DNA of 19,724 bases from Nanopusillaceae archaeon (GTDB lineage: Archaea; Nanobdellota; Nanobdellia; Nanobdellales; Nanobdellaceae): contig JBMFJL010000006.1 in the NCBI GenBank assembly GCA_049973735.1, forward strand, positions 1-19,724, given 5' to 3'. Positions 5,984 through 13,741 of the stretch are shown in pieces. The notes below the pieces were generated by a model that saw only the letters and a list, made by a program, of their open reading frames with translations, was not told the DNA's origin and did not search any database. The position numbers and the translations under genes are program-made. How positions within the stretch are numbered: position 1 is the first letter of the stretch; every line of letters begins with the position of its first letter.

Positions 5984-8900
5984 ATGGCGTTATTAAATAT
6001 AAACAAAAAAACAATATTAAGTATACTCATCGAGATCGCTATAATCTTTTCAATAGTAGCTATAACAATAGGATCAAAAGGTTTGCTTGTTAATGCACTA
6101 GGAAACTATAATTTAGTTGGTCCCGATGCTTATTATTTCTTTAAATTGTTTCATGAATTACTAACTACTCATTCCCTTTCTGATTTGACATATAATTTAT
6201 ATTACCCATTGTTTCAGCCTTTAAATAATAAAAATCTTGTTATATATTTTACATATTTAATACATTATCTAATAAATAACTTTTTATCTTATGCATCTTT
6301 TGTAAATATACTACATTACTTTGGAATATATCCAGCTGCAACTGAACCAATTTGGGTTGTAGTAGATTTTACTAATGTGTATATACCTGCAATTGCTGCA
6401 ATAATATTTTACTTCTTATCAAAAAGAATATTTGAAGATAAATATATTGCATTTTTTGCATCAATAGTATTTGCCATAAATCCATTTTTAACTACTAGAT
6501 TAGTTTTATATGGTACAGAATTGGGAGCTTTTATATTTATTGTTTTATCCTTTTACTTCATTATCAAATATGTGGAGAGTGTAAATGAAAAGAATAAATA
6601 TAAAAGACTATTTTTGTTATTATATTCATTAATTTCATTAATTTTATTTTATCATGTATCCATGCTACCAAATTATAATGTACCTTTAGTTATGTTAACA
6701 TTTGCAGAGTTCTTTGCTTTACTACTCTTATATCCAATATTTAAAGGAACTAAAGAATATTATCTAACTCTTTTGATATTTAGTACTACGCTAGCTAGAG
6801 AAGGGTGGGGAGGATGGATAATTATACCATTGGCATTGGGATTGTTTTCTCTGTTTAGATTTTTATTGGCTAAAGATAATTATGAAATCTATTATTATTT
6901 ACCATATATAGGATTTACAGGAATTTTGGATTATTTAGAAAATATAGATTCAGAAATGCACCATTTATTTTTATCTTCTCATAATTTAATTATGATAATT
7001 CCGGCAGTTTTGCCATATATTTATATGCTAATAAAAGATAAAGATTTATTTAATAAAATAAATAATGTAACTTTAGGTAGATTTATAAGAGAACAAGAGA
7101 TATCTAAAAGAATATTGCTAATAATATTATTATCTATTTTAGCTTTACCAAGATTCTTTAATTTATTTGTGGAGAACTTGTTAAATAATCCATTTATAAG
7201 TGAAAGGATGGGATTTACTATTGCAGAATATCAAGCAACTCCCGCATCTTTTTATCTAGGTCTTATGGGTTCTGTAGGAGTAATATTTACTTATTTAGGA
7301 TTAGCAAATATTATATTTGATAAAGATAAACCAAAGAAGATACTATATATACAATATATGTTTGTATTGTTAATTTCTTTGGCTGAATTAATATTTTCTG
7401 GCTCTTTAATAGTTTTAGGAATATTACTACTATTATATTATATTTTAGTTATGTCTATATCAGATAAAGATGAAGGAAAAGTTCTGAGAAAATCTATAAT
7501 TGAATTAACTATTTTATCTTTATCATTACAATTTGTTTTGTTTTCAGATATAATCATAGGAAGTTCCTTTATAAGTATATTCATATCTTGGATAATGTTA
7601 CTTTTTGTTGTCACCGGATATATAATAATATCTAATAGAAAATTAACAGATAAAGAATTATTCATTTTATCTTTGTCGATTATATCTCTTGTTGTTGGCA
7701 AATATGTATATAGATTAGTATACTATTCAGGATTTGTTATTCCATTTTTAGTAGCATATGGAGTAGAATCGTTCAATATATTTAGAGAAGATTTTGATAA
7801 ATTGAAAAAAGTTGTAAAAATAGTACCAGTCATATTTCTATTAATACTAGCAGCCATTTCGGGATATAACGCCGGAAACTATTTACATAGTTTCTACTCA
7901 TATATTGGGAGAGGAATTGCAGAAATGAATGTAAATGCGATAATACCAATATATATCATTATCATAATACCTTTTGCATTTTTACTATCATATATATTCT
8001 ATGAATTAATTTTAGGAAAAGAAATTAACAGATTCAATATGATCAAATATGGAATATTCCTTTTAGTAATCTATGGAGTACTACTATATCCAGTAAAAAG
8101 TTCAGATTTACATCAAAGTTATTTGCTTTACAATTATATATCGCCAATTGGAGTTGCTGGTTCAGGAACTCCCTCTTATGAGATTAATACATTTCTATGG
8201 ATTAGATATAATACACCTGAAGATGCAATAATTAATTCCTGGTGGGATTATGGTTATTACATATTTACTTTAGGAAATAGAACTGCTTGGGTCACCGGAT
8301 CAAATCAATATCCATATTGGAATCACTTAATGGGTAGATATGGTTTGTCTTCTACAAATATAACTGAAACATTACAACTATTTTATGTTCATGCAAATTA
8401 TAACTATCAAACATTTAAAACATTAGAATTATTTAATGAAAATTCTGTATTTTATGATTATATATATGACAAACTAGGATTTTCTAAAGAAGAAGTAAAT
8501 AATATAAAGAATATAAAAAACAGGCTAGGTTACAATAATTGGATAAAATTATTATATCAATTCAACGGATCAGAGAGTTCTATTTACCAATTTAATTTAT
8601 CTAAAGAAGAACTTTACCTATTAAATAAATTGTACAATATGAGTTATTTAAGGCCTGCATATTTCTATATAGATCCAACAGATATAGGTAAATCTACAGC
8701 ATTTCAATTTTTAGGATCAAACAGCAGTTATGATAAAGAGAGTTGGATAAGTGTATTACAATCGTTTGTAGATACAAATCCTGGAATGAATTTCCCAGCA
8801 GTATATTATAATGGATATTATGTACTTGCTACAAATAATAGTCTATTCTACGTAGGACAAATACCACTAGATCAAGATCTATACATAGATGGAAATTTGA

Positions 8901-9532
8901 TACAAAGATGTTTATATAAAGAACCAATAGGAATAATAAATAAAAATTCTTGTGGTGTAATATTTCAGGTCCAATTATTATTTAATCAATCAATTGTAAT
9001 TCAAAGCGGAATATATCAGAATTTGGATGTTGCTAAAATAAATCCAAACAATTTAGTTGGTGCAAATATATATGTATATAATCCAGTAACCAGTAAATAT
9101 CATGTTCTTTCATTAAAGTATGTATACTTTGCTGGAGAGTTGATAGAATTTAAAAATGCAACATATGGAGGAATGCTATATATTTCCCCATCTTATTCAA
9201 TGTTAGCCTCTGGAAATTTATTGGGATTGTTCGGATATGCACACTTTATAACAGAAAAAGCATTTAACTACGATTGGATACAATTATATTTCTTGAATAA
9301 TGATTATAATGGTACATTTAATTTAGCATACTACAGTAATCAGGAATATGGACTTGGTCCTCTGATATATATTGATATACCACCGGCAAAAGTATGGAAA
9401 GTAAACTTTCCATCAAATTTCACAGTACCAGATCATTTATATTGTCTATATCTAGCGACAAATCTGAATCAGATAAATGAATGTGCAAAGATATATAACT
9501 TAAAACCATTTAAAACACATTATGATGTATGA
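5984..9532 (+). CDS. aglB: Archaeal oligosaccharyltransferase AglB (STT3 family), unusually long at 1182 aa
   Basis: The WWDYG motif is at 8240-8254 (residues 753-757). The EL5-type TIAE motif is at 7217-7228 (residues 412-415). An acidic EL1 residue lies in GPDAYYF (D48). YGTELGAFIF resembles the STT3 YDNEGIAIF segment. A candidate DK motif, YFYIDPTDIGK, is at 8681-8692. Many TM segments precede WWDYG. Confidence 0.92.
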   Translation: MALLNINKKTILSILIEIAIIFSIVAITIGSKGLLVNALGNYNLVGPDAYYFFKLFHELLTTHSLSDLTYNLYYPLFQPLNNKNLVIYFTYLIHYLINNFLSYASFVNILHYFGIYPAATEPIWVVVDFTNVYIPAIAAIIFYFLSKRIFEDKYIAFFASIVFAINPFLTTRLVLYGTELGAFIFIVLSFYFIIKYVESVNEKNKYKRLFLLLYSLISLILFYHVSMLPNYNVPLVMLTFAEFFALLLLYPIFKGTKEYYLTLLIFSTTLAREGWGGWIIIPLALGLFSLFRFLLAKDNYEIYYYLPYIGFTGILDYLENIDSEMHHLFLSSHNLIMIIPAVLPYIYMLIKDKDLFNKINNVTLGRFIREQEISKRILLIILLSILALPRFFNLFVENLLNNPFISERMGFTIAEYQATPASFYLGLMGSVGVIFTYLGLANIIFDKDKPKKILYIQYMFVLLISLAELIFSGSLIVLGILLLLYYILVMSISDKDEGKVLRKSIIELTILSLSLQFVLFSDIIIGSSFISIFISWIMLLFVVTGYIIISNRKLTDKELFILSLSIISLVVGKYVYRLVYYSGFVIPFLVAYGVESFNIFREDFDKLKKVVKIVPVIFLLILAAISGYNAGNYLHSFYSYIGRGIAEMNVNAIIPIYIIIIIPFAFLLSYIFYELILGKEINRFNMIKYGIFLLVIYGVLLYPVKSSDLHQSYLLYNYISPIGVAGSGTPSYEINTFLWIRYNTPEDAIINSWWDYGYYIFTLGNRTAWVTGSNQYPYWNHLMGRYGLSSTNITETLQLFYVHANYNYQTFKTLELFNENSVFYDYIYDKLGFSKEEVNNIKNIKNRLGYNNWIKLLYQFNGSESSIYQFNLSKEELYLLNKLYNMSYLRPAYFYIDPTDIGKSTAFQFLGSNSSYDKESWISVLQSFVDTNPGMNFPAVYYNGYYVLATNNSLFYVGQIPLDQDLYIDGNLIQRCLYKEPIGIINKNSCGVIFQVQLLFNQSIVIQSGIYQNLDVAKINPNNLVGANIYVYNPVTSKYHVLSLKYVYFAGELIEFKNATYGGMLYISPSYSMLASGNLLGLFGYAHFITEKAFNYDWIQLYFLNNDYNGTFNLAYYSNQEYGLGPLIYIDIPPAKVWKVNFPSNFTVPDHLYCLYLATNLNQINECAKIYNLKPFKTHYDV

Positions 9533-10532
9533 AAACTTGATTCTTGGAGTAATACCTCCAATTATATCTTTTTTTATCAGTTATTTGTTAATTAAAAAGT
9601 GGATACCAATAGCTAAAGAAAAAGGATATGTAGGAAAAGATATGAATAAATATGATAAACCAGAAGTTGCAGAAATTGGTGGATTATATTCTATAATAGG
9701 CATAATATTTGGACTTTTAATATACATTGGACTAAAAGTATATATATTTAATACAACTGAAAATTTAGTACATGTTTTTGCAATAACCACTTTATTATCG
9801 CTTGTAACAATATTAGGGTTATTTGATGATATATTAGGATGGAAAAAAGGGTTAAAACCTTGGCAAAAGCCAATAATGACTCTAATTTTATCATTACCAT
9901 TAGTTATAATTTCTGTAGGAGTATCTACAATTAACTTTCCATTTATAGGAAAAGTTGATTTAGGGATATTATTTCCATTGTTACTTATACCAATAATAAT
10001 TACGGGTACATCGAACGCATTCAATATGATAGCCGGATATAATGGATTAGAAGCTTTAATGGGTATATCGCTTATAGGTGCATTGGGTATAAAATTCTAT
10101 CAATTAGGTTATTACTATTTAGCAGAAATATCATTAATAACAGTATCTTCAATTTTGGCATTTTTAATATTCAACAAATATCCAGCAAAGGTATTTCCTG
10201 GAAATGCATTTACCTATGGAATTGGTTCTCTATTTGGAACCTTAGTTATTTTGGGAGATATAGAACAATTTGGACTAATATTATTTATCTTGTATTTCTT
10301 AGAATTATTCTTATTTATAAGAGGATTATTAAATGGTGTATATAAAGAAAATTTTGGAATACCAAATGAAAATAATGAATTGGACGAACCATATGATAAA
10401 ATATACAGTGTAACTCATTTAGCAATAAAAATAAACAAAAAACTCTTTAAAAAAGCAACAGAAAAAAGTGTTGTTTATACAATAGTATTCTTGCAAATAA
10501 TTATTACAATAATAGCTTTTATTTATGGATAA
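9522..10532 (+). CDS. aglH: Dolichyl-phosphate GlcNAc-1-phosphate transferase, AglH/ALG7/WecA-MraY (GT4 polyprenyl-phosphate) family
   Basis: The ORF is 336 aa and polytopic. Family motifs present are LFDDILGWKK (DD motif), NAFNMIAGYNGLEA (variant of NxxNxxDGxDGL) and FPGNAFTYGIG. It overlaps aglB by 11 nt. Confidence 0.85.
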   Translation: MMYENLILGVIPPIISFFISYLLIKKWIPIAKEKGYVGKDMNKYDKPEVAEIGGLYSIIGIIFGLLIYIGLKVYIFNTTENLVHVFAITTLLSLVTILGLFDDILGWKKGLKPWQKPIMTLILSLPLVIISVGVSTINFPFIGKVDLGILFPLLLIPIIITGTSNAFNMIAGYNGLEALMGISLIGALGIKFYQLGYYYLAEISLITVSSILAFLIFNKYPAKVFPGNAFTYGIGSLFGTLVILGDIEQFGLILFILYFLELFLFIRGLLNGVYKENFGIPNENNELDEPYDKIYSVTHLAIKINKKLFKKATEKSVVYTIVFLQIIITIIAFIYG

Positions 10533-12306
10533 ACTAGTATATATCTTTTTCGGTAGCGATTACAGAAAGCTATATTATAACTTATATTTTTTGTATAGGT
10601 TTTGTAAAAAAAATAATTTAGAATTATTATGTATAACAAAAAAGGAAAACAAGGAAAATGTAATTAAAATAAAAAATAAAATAAATATAAAGTTTTATTT
10701 AGTAGAAAATATAAAAGATATAAGAAAAATAAAAATAGAAGGGAAATTTGTAGCCATATATGAAAAAATTAATATAAATCTAAGAGATTTAAAGTATATA
10801 TATAATAATATAGAAAAAGGAAAAATGATTTTGGTTAAGAAAAATTTTTTTGGAAGCTTCCTTTATAATCCATTTATAGTTGGAGGTTATAACATAAATT
10901 TATATGAGAACATAATCAAAATGATAATAAAAAATGAAAGAAAATCCATAAATTTAGATTACAAGCTTGGAAAAGATTTTTTATATATATTTTATGTAAA
11001 TCTAAAAATATACAAAATATTCTTTTGGAAAATAATGGATGTCTTGCTAAAAAAGAAATATATAAGAGATTACATAAATGAAAAAATAGGATTAATTTTA
11101 TATAAGATATTTACATTTATTTTAACAGTAATTTTGGTTAGAATATTGACTCAAGACTTTTATGGTGCATACATCGCTATATACAATTTCATATTAATAT
11201 TGTCCGGATTTATGGGTATTACTAATACTTTGCTTATGAAGAAAATGTCTGAAAATATAAAAAATGAAGAAGAAATAGAAAAATACATAAAAGTAGATAT
11301 ATATTCTAAGGCCATATTTTTTGTTTTAGCTTTAATAATAATATCTCTATTTTCTTATTATATTCTTGAGAACATATTTGTTTATTATAGTATATACTAT
11401 TTGTATTTATCATATGCTATTGCAATATTAATTGTATTAGATGGCGCTTTCTTTTCAATACTATATTCCTATCTAGATATTAAAAAAGTGAGAAATTTTC
11501 TAATATTAGAATCCTTGTTCAAATTGATTTTCATATCATTATTTGCATACATATTAAAAAAGAGTGGATTCTTAATAGGAATGTTTATAGCTTACTTGGT
11601 ATTTGATTCTATATTATTTTATTATGTTATGAAAAAATATGGAAAAATAATATTAAATAGTTTAAATAAAAAAACATATTTAAGGGATATAAAAGAATAT
11701 TTAAAGTTATCAATTTATTTAAATATAATTCCATTTATAGTAAGTGCATATTCTAGCTTTGAAATACAAATAATAAAAATATTTACCTCATTTAAGGAAT
11801 TAGGGTTGTTTTACAACGCAAATTTAATAGTATCAACAATTTCATCAATATTTTCTGTCGGTGGTATATCATTACCAAGAATATTAAGATGGGATGATAG
11901 AAAATTAAAGGAAAATATAAATAAAATAGTTTTATTTCAATTATTTATAAACATAGTTTTATTTTTCATGTTAGTATTGCTAGGACCTTACATTATAATT
12001 TTATTTTTTGGAGAATCATATCTATTATCAGCAGATCTATTAAAATATCTATCTTTAATAATAATAATCCAATCCTTTAATATATATTCTCTATTACTAT
12101 ACAGAAAAGGAATGGAAAAATATTATTCAATATATTTTGTTTTATCAGTTATATTTTCCTTTATATTTGATATCTTTTTGATATATTATTATGGTGTATG
12201 GGGCGCGGTGTATTCAATAATATTGGCAAATCTAACCAATGCATTAATATCGTATGGAATATATAAAATAAAATATGATAACATCTCTACCAGATCTGTT
12301 CATTGA
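10525..12306 (+). CDS. Wzx/MOP-superfamily oligosaccharide flippase-like protein with an extra N-terminal region of about 170 aa
   Basis: Residues from about 171 to 593 look like polysaccharide-biosynthesis/flippase family proteins. They begin MDVLLKKKYIRDYINEKIGLILYKIFTFILTVILVRILTQDFYGAYIAIYNF and carry about 12 TM segments. The N-terminal 170 aa are K/N/I-rich and soluble. The gene overlaps aglH by 8 nt. Confidence 0.7.
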   Translation: MDKLVYIFFGSDYRKLYYNLYFLYRFCKKNNLELLCITKKENKENVIKIKNKINIKFYLVENIKDIRKIKIEGKFVAIYEKININLRDLKYIYNNIEKGKMILVKKNFFGSFLYNPFIVGGYNINLYENIIKMIIKNERKSINLDYKLGKDFLYIFYVNLKIYKIFFWKIMDVLLKKKYIRDYINEKIGLILYKIFTFILTVILVRILTQDFYGAYIAIYNFILILSGFMGITNTLLMKKMSENIKNEEEIEKYIKVDIYSKAIFFVLALIIISLFSYYILENIFVYYSIYYLYLSYAIAILIVLDGAFFSILYSYLDIKKVRNFLILESLFKLIFISLFAYILKKSGFLIGMFIAYLVFDSILFYYVMKKYGKIILNSLNKKTYLRDIKEYLKLSIYLNIIPFIVSAYSSFEIQIIKIFTSFKELGLFYNANLIVSTISSIFSVGGISLPRILRWDDRKLKENINKIVLFQLFINIVLFFMLVLLGPYIIILFFGESYLLSADLLKYLSLIIIIQSFNIYSLLLYRKGMEKYYSIYFVLSVIFSFIFDIFLIYYYGVWGAVYSIILANLTNALISYGIYKIKYDNISTRSVH

Positions 12307-13147
12307 CATAATAATAAGGGATATCTCAATTGAAAAAAGTACAGGAAATATAAATAAAGATATAAAGGTAAAGATTGGAGGAAATGCGGCTAATTTTTCA
12401 ATTGCTTTATCTATGTTGGGAATAAAAAACAATTTAATTGCAGGATGTAATAAATTTTCTGAAAAATTTTTGAAAGATTTTATAAAAGAAAATAAATTAA
12501 AGATAAAATTTTATCCAATATACAAAGATCTATCAATTACAATAGCAATAGAAAAGGAAAACGATAGAATAATGATAACAGATCCAAAAGGGATACAAAT
12601 AGGAAAAGAGGAAATTGAAAAATATAATAAAATAATAAAAAGATCTGATTATATTTTCATTGGAAATTGGAATAATAACAAGAAATCCAATGAATTAATT
12701 AAATACATTATCGAATCTAGTAATGCAAAAATATATTTAGATATTGGGGATCCGTCAATTAATTTAGAAAACTTAAGTGAATTAGTAAGAATATTAAAAG
12801 AAAATTCTATATGGGTTTTGAGTTTAAATGAATATGAACTGAAGTTCCTTGGAGATTTCTTAAAAATAAAATATGACGATATTATAGATCTAGCTAATAA
12901 ATTATATTTTGAATTAAATGTAAAGAATTTAGATTTGCATTCCCCAGATTTTGTTTATTCTTTACCATCAAAAGAATATGTAAAAGTAGATAGAGTCCAG
13001 CCAAAAATAGTTACAGGTGCAGGAGACTATTGGAATGCAGCAAACTTTTATGGTTACATTAAAGGGTTTAATGATTTGGAAAGGTTAAAATTTGCGAATG
13101 AATTCGCTAAAAAGTATGTTTCGGGAAGCGCCCCCGCCGGGACTTGA
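12275..13147 (+). CDS. PfkB-family (ribokinase-like) sugar or nucleoside kinase
   Basis: GGNAANFSIALSMLG matches PfkB signature 1 and VTGAGDYWNAANFYG matches signature 2 (GAGD anion hole). The start overlaps the flippase gene by 32 nt. The last 19 nt (13129-13147) are antisense to tRNA-Asp. Confidence 0.8.
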   Translation: MITSLPDLFIDIIIRDISIEKSTGNINKDIKVKIGGNAANFSIALSMLGIKNNLIAGCNKFSEKFLKDFIKENKLKIKFYPIYKDLSITIAIEKENDRIMITDPKGIQIGKEEIEKYNKIIKRSDYIFIGNWNNNKKSNELIKYIIESSNAKIYLDIGDPSINLENLSELVRILKENSIWVLSLNEYELKFLGDFLKIKYDDIIDLANKLYFELNVKNLDLHSPDFVYSLPSKEYVKVDRVQPKIVTGAGDYWNAANFYGYIKGFNDLERLKFANEFAKKYVSGSAPAGT

Positions 13148-13201
13148 ACCCGGGACCACGGGATCGACAGTCCCGCATGCTTCCTACTACACCACGGGGG
13201 C
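13129..13201 (-). tRNA. tRNA-Asp (anticodon GUC), 73 nt, no intron, CCA not encoded
   Basis: The reverse complement is GCCCCCGTGGTGTAGTAGGAAGCATGCGGGACTGTCGATCCCGTGGTCCCGGGTTCAAGTCCCGGCGGGGGCG. The acceptor stem is GCCCCCG/CGGGGGC, the anticodon stem CGGGA/TCCCG with loop CTGTCGA, and the T arm CCGGG-TTCAAGT-CCCGG. The D stem contains two G-U pairs. Confidence 0.93.
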
Positions 13202-13741
13202 TAGATTATTATTTATGTACGATTTTATTTTATAAAATATTTCTTCTGAGTAAGTATTTTTATATTTTTTTAATAAATCTATTAAATCAGTTTTAAATTC
13301 TAAAATTCTCTCTTTTATTAAATATTGAATAAATTGGGTTAAATTAGAAGGTTTGTCTTTGATTTTTGCTCTTTCCCAATCAATTAAATATATTTTATTT
13401 TCTTTTATAATTATATGTTCATATGGTCTCTGCATTTCCTCTTTTTCTATCTTTAATTTATCTAATAAAAATAATATATCAAGTATTCTATCTATATATT
13501 TAATCTTTTCATTAATATTCAAGTCTTTAAATTTTTTTCCATCAATAAATTCCATTTCAATTTCTAAGTTGCTATCATCATAACTTATAATTTTTGGAAC
13601 GAATCCGTAATCTTTTAAGAAATTTAAAAAATATTTTTCTTTTTCATAATTTTTTGTCAATCCTTTTTTAAACCTCTTTATTATTGTATTTCTTTCTGTC
13701 AAAAAAATTTCTGAGTGCCAACCTTCATCTATCTTCTTCAT
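13187..13741 (-). CDS. Small atypical protein-kinase-fold protein (Bud32/RIO/COG2112-like) with a non-canonical catalytic loop
   Basis: The ORF is 184 aa. IDEGWHSEIFL occupies the G-loop position, IIKRFKKG supplies the lysine, EIEMEFIDGKKFKDL looks like a hinge, and KIYLIDWERAK sits at the DFG-equivalent position. Where HxDxxxxN is expected the sequence is IEKEEMQRPYEHIII. There is an ATGA overlap with thrS. Confidence 0.55.
   Translation of the reverse strand: MKKIDEGWHSEIFLTERNTIIKRFKKGLTKNYEKEKYFLNFLKDYGFVPKIISYDDSNLEIEMEFIDGKKFKDLNINEKIKYIDRILDILFLLDKLKIEKEEMQRPYEHIIIKENKIYLIDWERAKIKDKPSNLTQFIQYLIKERILEFKTDLIDLLKKYKNTYSEEIFYKIKSYINNNLAPVV
13230..13237 (-). promoter_or_regulatory. TATA-like element upstream of tRNA-Asp, inside the 3' end of the kinase-like CDS
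   Basis: The minus strand reads TTTTATAA at -36..-29 from the tRNA 5' end (13201). Confidence 0.35.

Noticed and set aside
9581-10024. 147-aa minus-strand ORF inside aglH, plus the similar antisense ORFs at 3786-4013, 4923-5291, 7438-7701, 12244-12432, 13353-13583, 14039-14242, 18235-18468, 18723-18953 and 19347-19589
   Set aside because: Each lies wholly inside a longer ORF on the opposite strand that has clear family motifs. Their translations are low-complexity with no recognisable motif. They have no independent start context or TATA box. They are shadow ORFs caused by codon bias.
10525-11034. Calling the flippase N-terminal region a glycosyltransferase gene
   Set aside because: There is only a vague GT-A-like alternation of secondary-structure propensities, with no DxD or other catalytic motif and no separate stop codon. 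I kept it as an unexplained extension rather than an annotated enzyme.
13500-13590. Possible C/D-box sRNA (ATGATGA on the minus strand at about 13573-13579)
   Set aside because: No CTGA D box or terminal stem lies at the expected distance downstream. The site is inside the kinase-like CDS, where the heptamer simply encodes YDD.
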